Below, piece by piece: positions 11,347 through 20,558 of a stretch of 64,000 nucleotides of DNA (within the stretch, counting starts at the first letter, position 1; every line of letters starts with the position of its first letter). This stretch comes from Oligoflexales bacterium (GTDB lineage: Bacteria > Bdellovibrionota_B > Oligoflexia > Oligoflexales > Bog-1112): the NCBI GenBank assembly GCA_045106415.1, contig JBGCEP010000010.1, positions 1 to 64,000 on the forward strand. The letters are read 5' to 3'. Made by a program: the position numbers and the translations under genes. A model generated the notes under the pieces. It was not told the DNA's origin, searched no databases, and worked only from the letters and a program-made list of their open reading frames with translations.

Positions 11347-12044
11347 AAAAGTTAGTTTTTTTATCGCTATTGTGCTGTTCGTTTCAACCTTCTTCCGGTG
11401 AAGATTTGGGTGCTGTGTTTTACGATCAAGGGAAATATAGTGAGGCTATTGATTGGTATAAAAATGAAGTGTTGAATCATCCTTCGTCGGCTTTTTTATA
11501 TTATAATTTAGGCAACGCTGCTGCAAGAAATGGGGAGAAAAATATAGCGATAGCATCTTATTTAAAATCTCTTTCGTTGCAGTATCATTATAAGAATCTT
11601 CACGATAATTTAAAAATTGTATTAGGTCATCAGTACGATGGTTTTTTTGAGGCATATAAAAAAAGCTGGGGCTTTTTTTTCTTTTTAACAATATTTACTT
11701 TCAAACGATGGGTTCAGATAGCAGTTGTTTGTTCTTTAATAGGTGGGTGTTTCGCCCTGTTTTATCGATTTAAAAGCATGATTTTTTTTCTGCTCTTAAG
11801 TCTTATAAGTTTTACTTTTTCTATGGTTTTTCACCACCAAAACCCTAATTGGTCTGTCTTAGGTGGGCATGAGCAAGTTGCGCTTTATTCAGGACCTGGA
11901 ACCTTTAATGCGGTGGTTAGCCATACTGACTCTATGATTCCTGTTCAGAATCTTCAAGAATTTAATGGATGGGTACAAATTAGAATTTGGGGAACCCAAA
12001 ATATTGAGGGCTGGATCGCTGCAGAATCATTGAATAGGTTTTAA
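11343..12044 (+). CDS. batE: BatE-like TPR + SH3 membrane protein
   Basis: YYNLGNAA TPR, TM helices, LYSGPG...GWVQI...EGWI SH3b-like tail. Confidence 0.8.
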   Translation: MKKLVFLSLLCCSFQPSSGEDLGAVFYDQGKYSEAIDWYKNEVLNHPSSAFLYYNLGNAAARNGEKNIAIASYLKSLSLQYHYKNLHDNLKIVLGHQYDGFFEAYKKSWGFFFFLTIFTFKRWVQIAVVCSLIGGCFALFYRFKSMIFFLLLSLISFTFSMVFHHQNPNWSVLGGHEQVALYSGPGTFNAVVSHTDSMIPVQNLQEFNGWVQIRIWGTQNIEGWIAAESLNRF

Positions 12045-12045
12045 T

Positions 12046-12354
12046 ATGAACGCTGAAGATTTTATTTTAAAAACTATGCGTAAAAAACTATTTGATCAAC
12101 TTGACGACATAGAGGCTGCGAAGTCTTTCATGAGTCAAGAGCAAAATACGGATTTTTTCTGTGACATTTTAGCAGTAGAAGCACAGCTTGTGCAGACCCT
12201 AAATGATGAAGAAATTTGTAAGCTTTCGACATTAATCCAGTCATTACAACCTATTTCAGATCATAAACTTAGAGGGAATTTGTTCGCAATAGCTAAAACT
12301 TGTGCATCGCTTAAGTTGAATCGTGATGATTTTTGTTATAAAGATCAAAGTTAA
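12046..12354 (+). CDS. Hypothetical protein
   Basis: 102-aa ORF abutting batE. Confidence 0.5.
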   Translation: MNAEDFILKTMRKKLFDQLDDIEAAKSFMSQEQNTDFFCDILAVEAQLVQTLNDEEICKLSTLIQSLQPISDHKLRGNLFAIAKTCASLKLNRDDFCYKDQS

Positions 12355-12368
12355 TTGATGTTTGGATC

Positions 12369-12398
12369 TGTTTTGCTCCTCAATTGATTAGATTCCTC
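12369..12398. repeat. Degenerate extra copy of the IS2-like terminal repeat
   Basis: TGTTTTGCTCCTCAATTGATTAGATTCCTC resembles TGTTTTGGCCCCCAATTGACTAGACACCTC at 12401. Confidence 0.75.
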
Positions 12399-12530
12399 TG
12401 TGTTTTGGCCCCCAATTGACTAGACACCTCAGTTCATGAATTTTCTGTATTCAACAGGACTCTTTATTTCCAATCCTGAATGTGGAGCGTTTTTATTGTG
12501 ATCGCGATGCCACTGAGTAATTAGCTGAAG
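12399..12530 (-). mobile_element. 3' end fragment of an IS3-family (IS2-like) element, left arm
   Basis: Inverted copy (about 85-90% identical by eye) of 13694-13824; terminal repeat TGTTTTGGCCCCCAATTGACTAGACA. Confidence 0.8.
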
Positions 12531-12559
12531 TGAAGCGGCTCCATTTCTCCGGAGATTAC

Positions 12560-13413
12560 CTAAATAGTATTCTCAAATTCTTCGGGTAATCGATAACCAA
12601 TCGAGGAATGCAGTCTTACTCTATTATAGAAACTTTCAATGTGTTCGAACGCAGTAGAGTCTGCATCAGCTCTACTTTTAAAAATATGCCCACGGATCAG
12701 ATCTGATTTGAACGTATCAAAGAAGCTTTCCGCAGTCGCATTGTCATAGCAATGATTGACTCCTGTCATGATTTGACTATAGGCAAGTCTCTTCAACTTG
12801 CGTATGAATTTCTTTGCCTTATATTGCCCTCCTTTGTCACTATGGAGAATTATTTTTTGATGAGATTTTCGTTGAGTGTGAGCCATTGTAAAAGCATCAA
12901 GAACGATGCCCATCGTTATGTCACTTCGGGTTGACCAACCAACAATCTTACGACTGAACAGATCCATAATTAGACACAAATATAACCAGCCTTCTTTGGT
13001 TGCTATATAAGTGATGTCTGATACCCAAATTTTGTTTATCCCATTTATTACAGCGTCTTTTATAAGATTAGGACTATCTTCGAGCAGAGGATCTCCGATC
13101 GTCGTTCTTTTAAAGCTTGGAGGCCTATAGCCATGAATATTGAGCTCCTTCACTCGTCTATGAACACTGTTTATTGAAGCTTTCATTTCGTCGTCTTTTT
13201 CAAGAGCAGCTGCGATTCTTCTTCGCCCATAACTCCCTTTAGGTTTACCAAATATGATTGAAACTTTTTTGCAAAGTTCAACATTTTATTTTGTTTTGAC
13301 CGAATCGGGCGTACTTAGCTAATCATAAAAGCCGGAACTCGAAACTTCCATGACTCGGCACAGAATCCGAGTCGGATAGTTGTTTTTCTCGGCTTTGATA
13401 AATTTAAAGCGTG
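12560..13413 (-). pseudogene. IS3 OrfB DDE transposase with in-frame stops in the N-terminal part (intact tail 12560-13186)
   Basis: WVSDITYI, DLFSRKIVGW, HSDKGGQY, DNATAESFF, YNRVRLHSSIGY; upstream YPTRILCRVMEVSSSGFYD* is interrupted. Confidence 0.88.
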
Positions 13414-13630
13414 CTACTTTTGGATCGCAAAGTAGCTGGCCGCTTTTTTTAGTATTTCTAATTCCATACCCTCTTGATCAATCAGTTTGCTTCTCCATTG
13501 AGATAGCTGCGCAGATGGAATCCCTAATTCTTCAGCAACTTCTTCCACTGTGAATCCCTCACGCGTAGTCATCATGACAGCTTTCTTTTTAAAGTCATTT
13601 GAGTATGATTTCCTTGTTTTTTTTACTCAT
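13414..13630 (-). pseudogene. IS3 OrfA (HTH), frameshifted and shortened
   Basis: RKSYSNDFKKKAV...VAEELGI...LSQWR...ELEILKKAASYFA; an A8 run after the ATG puts the start out of frame. Confidence 0.8.
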
Positions 13631-13638
13631 TTTTCTAC

Positions 13639-13678
13639 TCTCCGGACACTTTGTCCTATTAGACAAAGTGTCCGGAGA
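13639..13678. repeat. Perfect 17-bp inverted repeat overlapping the IS left IR
   Basis: TCTCCGGACACTTTGTC-ctatta-GACAAAGTGTCCGGAGA. Confidence 0.9.
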
Positions 13679-13693
13679 AATGAGGCCGCTTCA

Positions 13694-13824
13694 CTTCAGC
13701 TAATTCCTCAGTGGTATTGCGATTACAATGACAACGCTCCACACCCAGGATTGGGAATGAAGAGTCCTGTTGAATACAGGAATTTATGAACAGAGGTGTC
13801 TAGTCAATTGGGGGCCAAAACACA
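13694..13824 (+). mobile_element. 3' end fragment of an IS3-family (IS2-like) element, right arm
   Basis: Encodes WYCDYNDNAPHPGLGMKSPVEYRNL*, a typical IS3 OrfB C-terminus, followed by the terminal repeat ...GGGGCCAAAACA. Confidence 0.82.
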
Positions 13825-13889
13825 TGTTCATTTCTTAAATAGATTGAAAATGAGGTAATATGGACTTATATATAATTTAGGAGTTCGAT

Positions 13890-14150
13890 ATGAATAAGAC
13901 TTTAATAATTGCTGCAGCTGCTGCAGCTGGCATTGTAAGCCTCCAAAGTGCGTCGGCAAAACCAAAGAAAGGACCTTGGAAACCATGCTATGGTGTTGCT
14001 GCAAAAGGGATGAATGACTGTGGTGCTAATGGTCATGACTGTGCTGGTTATGCTAAGGTTGATAACGATCCTAGTGAATGGGTGAAAATGCCTGCGAGTG
14101 TTTGCAAAAAACTTGCGAAAGGTAGCCTTAAAAAACCTGAAAAAAAGTAA
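13890..14150 (+). CDS. BufA1/DUF2282-family bufferin precursor peptide
   Basis: Signal peptide then CYGVAAKGMNDC...C...WVKMPASVC (four Cys); AGGAG RBS; upstream of DUF692. Confidence 0.88.
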   Translation: MNKTLIIAAAAAAGIVSLQSASAKPKKGPWKPCYGVAAKGMNDCGANGHDCAGYAKVDNDPSEWVKMPASVCKKLAKGSLKKPEKK

Positions 14151-14154
14151 TGAT

Positions 14155-15006
14155 TTGAGCTCTTTTGGTTTAAATTTAAGATTAGAATGGTTGGATTCTC
14201 TAATTGAAGAGAAGCCAGCCATTGATTGTTTGCAGCTTATTGCTGATAACTGGTTGACTGATGGCCCACACCATAAAAAACTTGAAACATTAAGGCAGGA
14301 TTACTCCATTTCTTTTCATTGCGTAGGCATGAATTTAGCAGGGTTTGATCAACTCAACTTGGAATATCTAAAAAATATAAAAAAATTAATGGATAAGTTT
14401 CAACCTTGTCGTATTTCAGATCATCTTGCAATCGAAATGCATAATGGAATTTGTTATCATGATCTTCTCCCTTTTCCAATGAATGCGGTTACCCTGCAGC
14501 ATATAAGCACTAGAATTAATCAGATACAGTCTTTTTTTAATCACCAGTTATTAGTCGAAAATTTATCAAGCTATATTTCTTTTTCAACCTCTCATGATAG
14601 TGAAGCTGTCTTTCTGAAAAAAATTGTAGAGAAGACAAGCTGTGGTCTTCTTCTTGATGTGAACAATATCTATGTTAATTATTTAAATGGTCTTGGAGAC
14701 CCTGATGAATATATTCTTCACATACCTTTTGACGCTGTTCAAGAAATTCATGTTGCTGGAGGTGAGTGGGTAGACTCTGTTTTTGTTGATACTCATGGAA
14801 CGTTTGTAAGCAATGAGGTGCTGTCCCTTTTGAATAAGGTATATCCACTTTGCAAACAAGCCCATATTATTTATGAAAGAGATAAAAATATCCCACCACT
14901 TCATGAGGTCGTTGAAGAAGTTGATAGAATTCGATTTAAAGTCTCAAAAGCAGGAATATACTCTTTTCACAGAAATGATTTTAAGACCAATGAGCTCGTC
15001 TTGTGA
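14155..15006 (+). CDS. DUF692 multinuclear non-heme iron oxidase (MNIO, BufB-like)
   Basis: SDHL, DLLPFP, VENLSSY, GLLLDVNNIYVN, EIHVAG, DTHG, ERD motifs; probable TTG start at 14155. Confidence 0.93.
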   Translation: MSSFGLNLRLEWLDSLIEEKPAIDCLQLIADNWLTDGPHHKKLETLRQDYSISFHCVGMNLAGFDQLNLEYLKNIKKLMDKFQPCRISDHLAIEMHNGICYHDLLPFPMNAVTLQHISTRINQIQSFFNHQLLVENLSSYISFSTSHDSEAVFLKKIVEKTSCGLLLDVNNIYVNYLNGLGDPDEYILHIPFDAVQEIHVAGGEWVDSVFVDTHGTFVSNEVLSLLNKVYPLCKQAHIIYERDKNIPPLHEVVEEVDRIRFKVSKAGIYSFHRNDFKTNELVL

Positions 15007-15439
15007 CGATTCTGGCATGCAAGTATACCGTCGTAATTACCAACAAGGGCATATAGAAGCGCTAGAGTATAAATACCCAGGGACCTTTATGGCCATAGGA
15101 GCAGAAGGTTTTCGTTATGCCGCATATCATTTTTTGCAAAAATACCCCCCAAGGACAGAAGATGTTTCGAATTTTGGAGAAATGTTTTCAAGTTTTCTTA
15201 AGCACAATCAAGATTTTGAAGAATATCCACAGTTGAGTTGGCTTGCTCGCCTTGATTTATGGTTTTTTGAGAAAAAACCATCATCTTCTATTACCCTTCC
15301 ATATGGAACTTTAAAATTAAGATGTTTGTTGCTTGAAAATAAAGACGTTGAAGGCGAGTGGGGCTTGGAGGCATGGGAAACGGTTGAGTATGACGAGTCT
15401 GCAGCCCATTATAGAGTTCAGGCTTGTTGTGTGGCTTGA
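14873..15439 (+). CDS. DUF2063/BufC-like MNIO partner protein (true start probably 14921-14990)
   Basis: GMQVYRRNY...ALEYKYP...FGEMFSSFL...LARLD pattern; follows DUF692. Confidence 0.8.
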   Translation: MKEIKISHHFMRSLKKLIEFDLKSQKQEYTLFTEMILRPMSSSCDDSGMQVYRRNYQQGHIEALEYKYPGTFMAIGAEGFRYAAYHFLQKYPPRTEDVSNFGEMFSSFLKHNQDFEEYPQLSWLARLDLWFFEKKPSSSITLPYGTLKLRCLLLENKDVEGEWGLEAWETVEYDESAAHYRVQACCVA

Positions 15440-15620
15440 ATGTTTACATATAAAAATTTTATGAAATCTCTTTTTTGATTTTGTCTTTTTTAAGAAATAA
15501 TTTAGATGTTATTCAATTTTTAAGAATAAAACCTTTTATATCAAAAAATTATGGAAGCTCTCCTTTTGTTGAGGTGAAGCATCGTCGATGGGTAGAGGTA
15601 TTTCTCATAAGAGGGATTTG

Positions 15621-16265
15621 ATGATCTATTTGCGCATCTTTTTAACAATGACTCTAGGTTTTGCTTTTTCTCTGTCTTTGCAGAGCTGTGTCTTTGGAGG
15701 TGAGGATGTCGCGCAAAATCCTATAAAAACTGAAAAAAAACAAACACTAGGGCTTGGGCTGCCTCACCCAAGAGCTCCAGACGCTTGGGAGACTAATGTT
15801 ATTTTGGTTTCTAACATCATACCTGACTCACAAGAATTGCACGATTGCCATAAAGAATCAAAAGAACTTTCTAAGGACTCAATTAATAAAATTTCTTTGT
15901 TACAGGCGCAAACAGCAATGAGCGAAATGGTGAGCCAGAGACCAAAGGTTTATCACTGGTGTTTTTATTATGTTGCACGGCATTTGGATAGAAAAATGGA
16001 TGAAGTTGGAATCGTATGGGCAGAAAAAAACACCACTTTTTTGACTTTTATGCGAGAAATGTGGGTGATGGCACGGTCTCTTGAAGAGAAAACACAAGAC
16101 AAGAGGTATTATAAATACTTGCATCATCGATACGTTCAAATATCACGTGATGTTTTTGGGAGAAATCTTGAAATTGTAAGTCCTCCGATAGACTACCCCC
16201 CTGAAAAACCACCAGCGCTCAAAGCTCCAGGGGAAGAAGCCACTGAGGAGGACGTGGATACTTGA
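15621..16265 (+). CDS. Hypothetical lipoprotein
   Basis: Lipobox LQSC after a hydrophobic leader. Confidence 0.65.
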   Translation: MIYLRIFLTMTLGFAFSLSLQSCVFGGEDVAQNPIKTEKKQTLGLGLPHPRAPDAWETNVILVSNIIPDSQELHDCHKESKELSKDSINKISLLQAQTAMSEMVSQRPKVYHWCFYYVARHLDRKMDEVGIVWAEKNTTFLTFMREMWVMARSLEEKTQDKRYYKYLHHRYVQISRDVFGRNLEIVSPPIDYPPEKPPALKAPGEEATEEDVDT

Positions 16266-16329
16266 AGTCTTTATGATTTTAAGTTTTTGTCCGATGAGTT
16301 TCTAAAGAATCTTTTTAAGAGGGATCTTC

Positions 16330-17553
16330 ATGAAACGATTGGCTGTGCTTTCCATTTTTGTTTTTTGGAATGCTCTTTGTTTTGGGCAGTCGAATCGTGC
16401 TTCGAACTCGAATCAAGGTGAAAAAAAACGTTCAAAAAGAAATACAAGTATTGCCCAAGGGAATGAAGCCGAGGCTTTACGAGTGGCGTCTTCATCAATG
16501 GTAAGAAGGTTTCATGAAGTTTTAGATGAGCTCTTGGCTGAATTTGGTTATGACGTTAAAACAGGTCAGATTAAAGGCCTTAAAAATCTTGCGATTCGTA
16601 AAGTCACAGTTGGGGAAACTTTACCACCTAGCTACAAACGTTATACACAATTGTTAGTCTCTGAGCGTATTCGAGAAAACTCTTCAGTACGGTTGATAGC
16701 GTGCACTCCATGCTTTTCAAAAACATCAACTTTAGTTGATGGAAAGATTGTGATTACATCACCAGCAACAAATTTAAATCAGTTAAAAATGGCAGCTGAT
16801 CAACTCGGAATAGATTATTTTATGGATGTGGTTTTGGTCTATCACTCCACTCATATGGTGCTTGCTTTTCAAGTTTTTAATGTTGCAACGAATGAAATGG
16901 TGTGGGCAAGAACGTATAATAGTGAAACTATTCGAAGTCGCTATCAAAAACTTGCTATTGATTACTCGCAGGTTGAGAAATCAAGGCCGGGAGAAGATTA
17001 CGCTCCAGACTATAGATTGATCGTTGGTGTTGGTGGTGCTGGAATACCAAACGTTGGTGGTACATCACAAGACTCAAGTATGCTAGATGTTGAGTTAAGA
17101 GCAAGTGAGCGCTTTGATAATAGACGTTCAGAGTTTGGTATGAGCTTAGCGATTATGATGACTGTATCAAGCCTTGCGGGGAATTACACCGCAGCAGAAG
17201 GGACAGGGTCGACAACAACTGAAGAAGTTGATCCAGATCTCGAGATACCAGCAACACCCGAGCCCTTTACAAGCGCGTTAGGAATTTACGGACTTTATGC
17301 ACATAATTTTCTAGGGGCAGTGGAATCATATAACGATATCCGTCAAGGAATCCATGCAGGTATTGGAGGGTTGATTTCTCCTGGGTATATTACTGGGCTT
17401 TTAAGATTTGGAACAGATATTTATCTAGGCCGTAGGTTCGTTATCTCGTTATCTGGTCTTTATATTTTGCCCTCACAAGTTGTTGTTGAGAATGAACCGG
17501 TAGAGACCAAAGGTGGTTTCGGAGGAAGTGGTGTTGTTGCTGTTAATTTTTAA
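16330..17553 (+). CDS. Exported protein with N-terminal alpha/beta domain and probable C-terminal beta-barrel
   Basis: Signal peptide; Gly/aromatic beta-strand pattern; terminal Phe (VAVNF). Confidence 0.6.
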   Translation: MKRLAVLSIFVFWNALCFGQSNRASNSNQGEKKRSKRNTSIAQGNEAEALRVASSSMVRRFHEVLDELLAEFGYDVKTGQIKGLKNLAIRKVTVGETLPPSYKRYTQLLVSERIRENSSVRLIACTPCFSKTSTLVDGKIVITSPATNLNQLKMAADQLGIDYFMDVVLVYHSTHMVLAFQVFNVATNEMVWARTYNSETIRSRYQKLAIDYSQVEKSRPGEDYAPDYRLIVGVGGAGIPNVGGTSQDSSMLDVELRASERFDNRRSEFGMSLAIMMTVSSLAGNYTAAEGTGSTTTEEVDPDLEIPATPEPFTSALGIYGLYAHNFLGAVESYNDIRQGIHAGIGGLISPGYITGLLRFGTDIYLGRRFVISLSGLYILPSQVVVENEPVETKGGFGGSGVVAVNF

Positions 17554-18292
17554 ATACCTTTTCATTGTTAGTATGTTTGTACTGTCGAGTTGTAGCAGTT
17601 CTGAGCATCATGCCGCTGTTGAAGATATTTTGCATGGTACGATTAGCTATCCATTTCCAGAGACTGCAGAACTAGGCAGAACAAGAGGAAAAGATCCTTT
17701 TATTATTCGCTCCTCTGTTGGTGCAACTGAGTACGTTGTTGAAATACCAGATGGAGCTGAAGATTTTGATGTTGTGGTTCCTTTGGCAAATTTAAGCAGC
17801 GCTGCTCAAGGGGGAGTTGATCGCCCTATGGGCGTGTCGAACCCGGCCGTAACAGATAGAGAATTAGTCAAAGCACTTCCAAAAGCACAAAATGTTGACC
17901 CTACGAATACATCTTTTGTAGATCGCGCATTTGGTGTCACAACAGGAAAAGGGCCAAAACAGTCACCAAGCTATGTTCTCGGGTTGGCGAAAACGCGAAA
18001 AATGTTTCAAAAAGGACTTTATGAAAATGCCTTAGTGGAATTAGATAAATTACTGGCCTTTTATCCTACAAGCTCTCAGTTACATAAACGTAAAGGAACG
18101 GTCTTGTTAAAGCTTGGCCATCTTCTTCTTGCTGAGAAATCATGGATTCATGCATTTGAGTTAGACCCTAAAGATAACGCTCTTAAAACAGCGATCGATC
18201 GACTTAAAAGTCGTATCCGTATATCGAGGGCTCGTGCACCGCATAATATTCCAGACCCAACACAATCGAACCGCTTAAAACCGATACGTTAG
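17513..18292 (+). CDS. TPR-containing lipoprotein
   Basis: Lipobox LSSC; C-terminal TPR (KGTVLLKLG...AFELDPKD). Confidence 0.7.
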   Translation: MVSEEVVLLLLIFKYLFIVSMFVLSSCSSSEHHAAVEDILHGTISYPFPETAELGRTRGKDPFIIRSSVGATEYVVEIPDGAEDFDVVVPLANLSSAAQGGVDRPMGVSNPAVTDRELVKALPKAQNVDPTNTSFVDRAFGVTTGKGPKQSPSYVLGLAKTRKMFQKGLYENALVELDKLLAFYPTSSQLHKRKGTVLLKLGHLLLAEKSWIHAFELDPKDNALKTAIDRLKSRIRISRARAPHNIPDPTQSNRLKPIR

Positions 18293-19116
18293 AGCCAGCC
18301 GCTTGTTGCAATACCAAACCATGCGAAAGTTTTTTCACTTCCGATCTGTGCTCCTAAAACCCAGTGAAAACCTAATCCACCGTAATGAACTGTAAGATCA
18401 GAATACTCAAACCATAAAGCAGGAATATCAATTGTTGGCGCCTTCTGATTTAAAAAATCAGAAGGATTTTCTTCTGTTGCACCATCTTTTTGTCCAGATG
18501 TAAAAGCAGGAGAAAGGCCAACTGAAAATAAAGAACCCTCTCGTGTAGGTAAATCATTCTTTTTTCGAATGAGCTCACCGACTTTTCCCCAAGCGATAGC
18601 TGGTCCAAAAAAATAAAGGCCATACCTCCCAGGTGCTGAATCCTGAACACCATAACCAGCGAATGGTGCAATTCTGACCCCTACCCAGAAGTGTTCTTGG
18701 TATGGATTTGAGTTGTTGGATATTTTGTATAGTGACATGATGTGGCTTGTTAAATCGACGTTATAATTTTCTCGTTTTCCTGTTGTGAAAATAAAAGGGT
18801 AGAGAAGAGAAATCTGTGTCATAAATTCCATATCTCGAATTTTTTCAGCTTCGATTTTTAATTCCTCTGTGATTTTTGCACCCCAATCTACATAGTTTTC
18901 CATTTCTTCACGATTGAGCCGTCGTTTTCGCATTCTATCTAGATCTTTAGAAAAAATATTGCTTTCTGGTGGTGGAGGTAGAGTGGGTCGAGGTGTTGGA
19001 GGGAACTGGATGGATTCTGCACCCTTGCTAATAGGCGTTAGAATATAAGATCCTAAATACATAAGGATTATTGCGATAAGGTAGTTTCTTCCCACAGTTT
19101 TCACTCCATGATCCAT
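18289..19116 (-). CDS. Hypothetical exported, possibly outer-membrane protein
   Basis: Signal-like N-terminus, Pro-rich linker, beta-strand-rich aromatic C-terminus. Confidence 0.55.
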   Translation of the reverse strand: MDHGVKTVGRNYLIAIILMYLGSYILTPISKGAESIQFPPTPRPTLPPPPESNIFSKDLDRMRKRRLNREEMENYVDWGAKITEELKIEAEKIRDMEFMTQISLLYPFIFTTGKRENYNVDLTSHIMSLYKISNNSNPYQEHFWVGVRIAPFAGYGVQDSAPGRYGLYFFGPAIAWGKVGELIRKKNDLPTREGSLFSVGLSPAFTSGQKDGATEENPSDFLNQKAPTIDIPALWFEYSDLTVHYGGLGFHWVLGAQIGSEKTFAWFGIATSGWL

Positions 19117-19182
19117 GAGGATGAATGTGTAGTGTATTTGAGTGTATCAAGACTGCGTAGAGCAGCAAGATGTGGAGAAAAC

Positions 19183-20481
19183 ATGCCTGTCTTAAAGATC
19201 CAAGATACTGGTGTAGATCAAAGTCATCACGAAGTCGAGGCTGTTCATTCTATGATACCAGAAGATGCGTATCGTGCTATTCGTAAATATCAACCAACCA
19301 TCTGGGGGAGAGTTTTCTTTGGGTTGAGTTTGATTTTTTTGGTTGTTGGCGCAGGGTTTTTTTTCTATCAGAAAAATGAAAGCCCAGAAAACCCATTTGT
19401 TTTTTTTGAACTTCGCATTACAGATCAACAAGGGCATCCAGTTCCTGGAGCTCAAGTGTTTTGGAAAGAAAGACACCTAGGGGTGAGTGATTCATTTGGG
19501 GAATGGCGACGTTTTATGCGAGTGACCCTTGGGAATCGTGTCCGACTAGATATCGTAAAGTCTTATGGAGATAAAAAGATAAAGTCTCGTCGTTTATTTC
19601 AAATTCCTTTTGTTGCACCAATAAATGGTGAGATTCAAATGAAGGCTCAGGTTCGTGTTCAATCGCATGAGCAACCATCAGATGATGTTTTTCCATGGGA
19701 TACAGATAAAGATGAACAAACATCGAGTATTAAAAAAGAAGTCAAATGGGATCATGTATGGTTTTCTGTACAAGGTGATGCTTTTAAAAATGTTCTTCAA
19801 CCTAAATTGTTTTCTCGAGCTCGTGAATTAGGGTTGAAAGTTGATAAAAAAGCTCCATGGCGTGTACATATTAAAGTTTTTAAAAATAACCAAAACTATC
19901 TTGTGCGTGTAGAGTCACAGCATAAAAAAAATGGAACTAAATTTCGATTTTTAAAACGTGTTCAAAAAACACCTTTAGCAACAGCTAGAAAGATTTTATT
20001 TGGTTTAAAGCAGCACGTCGGGTTTCCGTATACTGTGAAAAGGCATGGTGAACAATGGAAAGTTCAACCATCTAGGTATGCGAGAGAAATTTTTCATGTG
20101 AATCCAGGGTCTCAATTAATAAATGAGAAATCAGAGCGCTTTATTGTTAAAAAACATGATGTGATTCAAGAAAACCCATGTCAAGGTTATGATGTCTGTC
20201 AAGTAAGAACGGTAACTATTGATGATAAAAAAACACAAAAAGATTTGAAAGATTTTAATCTTATTTTGTACGGTGTTAAAAAACCAGTTCATGTTTTTAT
20301 TTCCGGATATTATGCAGAACATAAAAAGGGCAAAGTTTGGAGCTACAGAGCAAATCCAGGAACATCTTCCTTTGTTACAGTGATGGATCGCAATAAAATA
20401 CTTTATCGTGGGCGCGTGAAAAATAGAGTAGGGAAACCAGCCATGATTTCTGTACGAGGAATGACTGTTGCTCGGAAATAA
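19183..20481 (+). CDS. Single-pass membrane protein with carboxypeptidase-regulatory-like beta domain
   Basis: TM helix then ITDQQGHPVPGAQV...SDSFG; GGAGA RBS before 19183. Confidence 0.6.
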   Translation: MPVLKIQDTGVDQSHHEVEAVHSMIPEDAYRAIRKYQPTIWGRVFFGLSLIFLVVGAGFFFYQKNESPENPFVFFELRITDQQGHPVPGAQVFWKERHLGVSDSFGEWRRFMRVTLGNRVRLDIVKSYGDKKIKSRRLFQIPFVAPINGEIQMKAQVRVQSHEQPSDDVFPWDTDKDEQTSSIKKEVKWDHVWFSVQGDAFKNVLQPKLFSRARELGLKVDKKAPWRVHIKVFKNNQNYLVRVESQHKKNGTKFRFLKRVQKTPLATARKILFGLKQHVGFPYTVKRHGEQWKVQPSRYAREIFHVNPGSQLINEKSERFIVKKHDVIQENPCQGYDVCQVRTVTIDDKKTQKDLKDFNLILYGVKKPVHVFISGYYAEHKKGKVWSYRANPGTSSFVTVMDRNKILYRGRVKNRVGKPAMISVRGMTVARK

Positions 20482-20558
20482 TGCATTTTAAATGCTAGAT
20501 TGGTTCGTAGAGCTTATTCGGTATAGAATGACATAGTCTTATGAGAAAAGGTTATGAT

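Larger units (their letters stand above)
12531..13693 (-). mobile_element. Decayed IS3-family insertion sequence (about 1.16 kb)
   Basis: Terminal IRs TGAAGCGGCTCCATTTCTCCGGA / TCCGGAGAAATGAGGCCGCTTCA; orfA-orfB layout; A7G slippery site at 13443-13450. Confidence 0.9.

Noticed and set aside
13550..13789. 79-aa ORF as a real gene
   Set aside because: Chimera of antisense inner-IS sequence and the outer IS transposase tail
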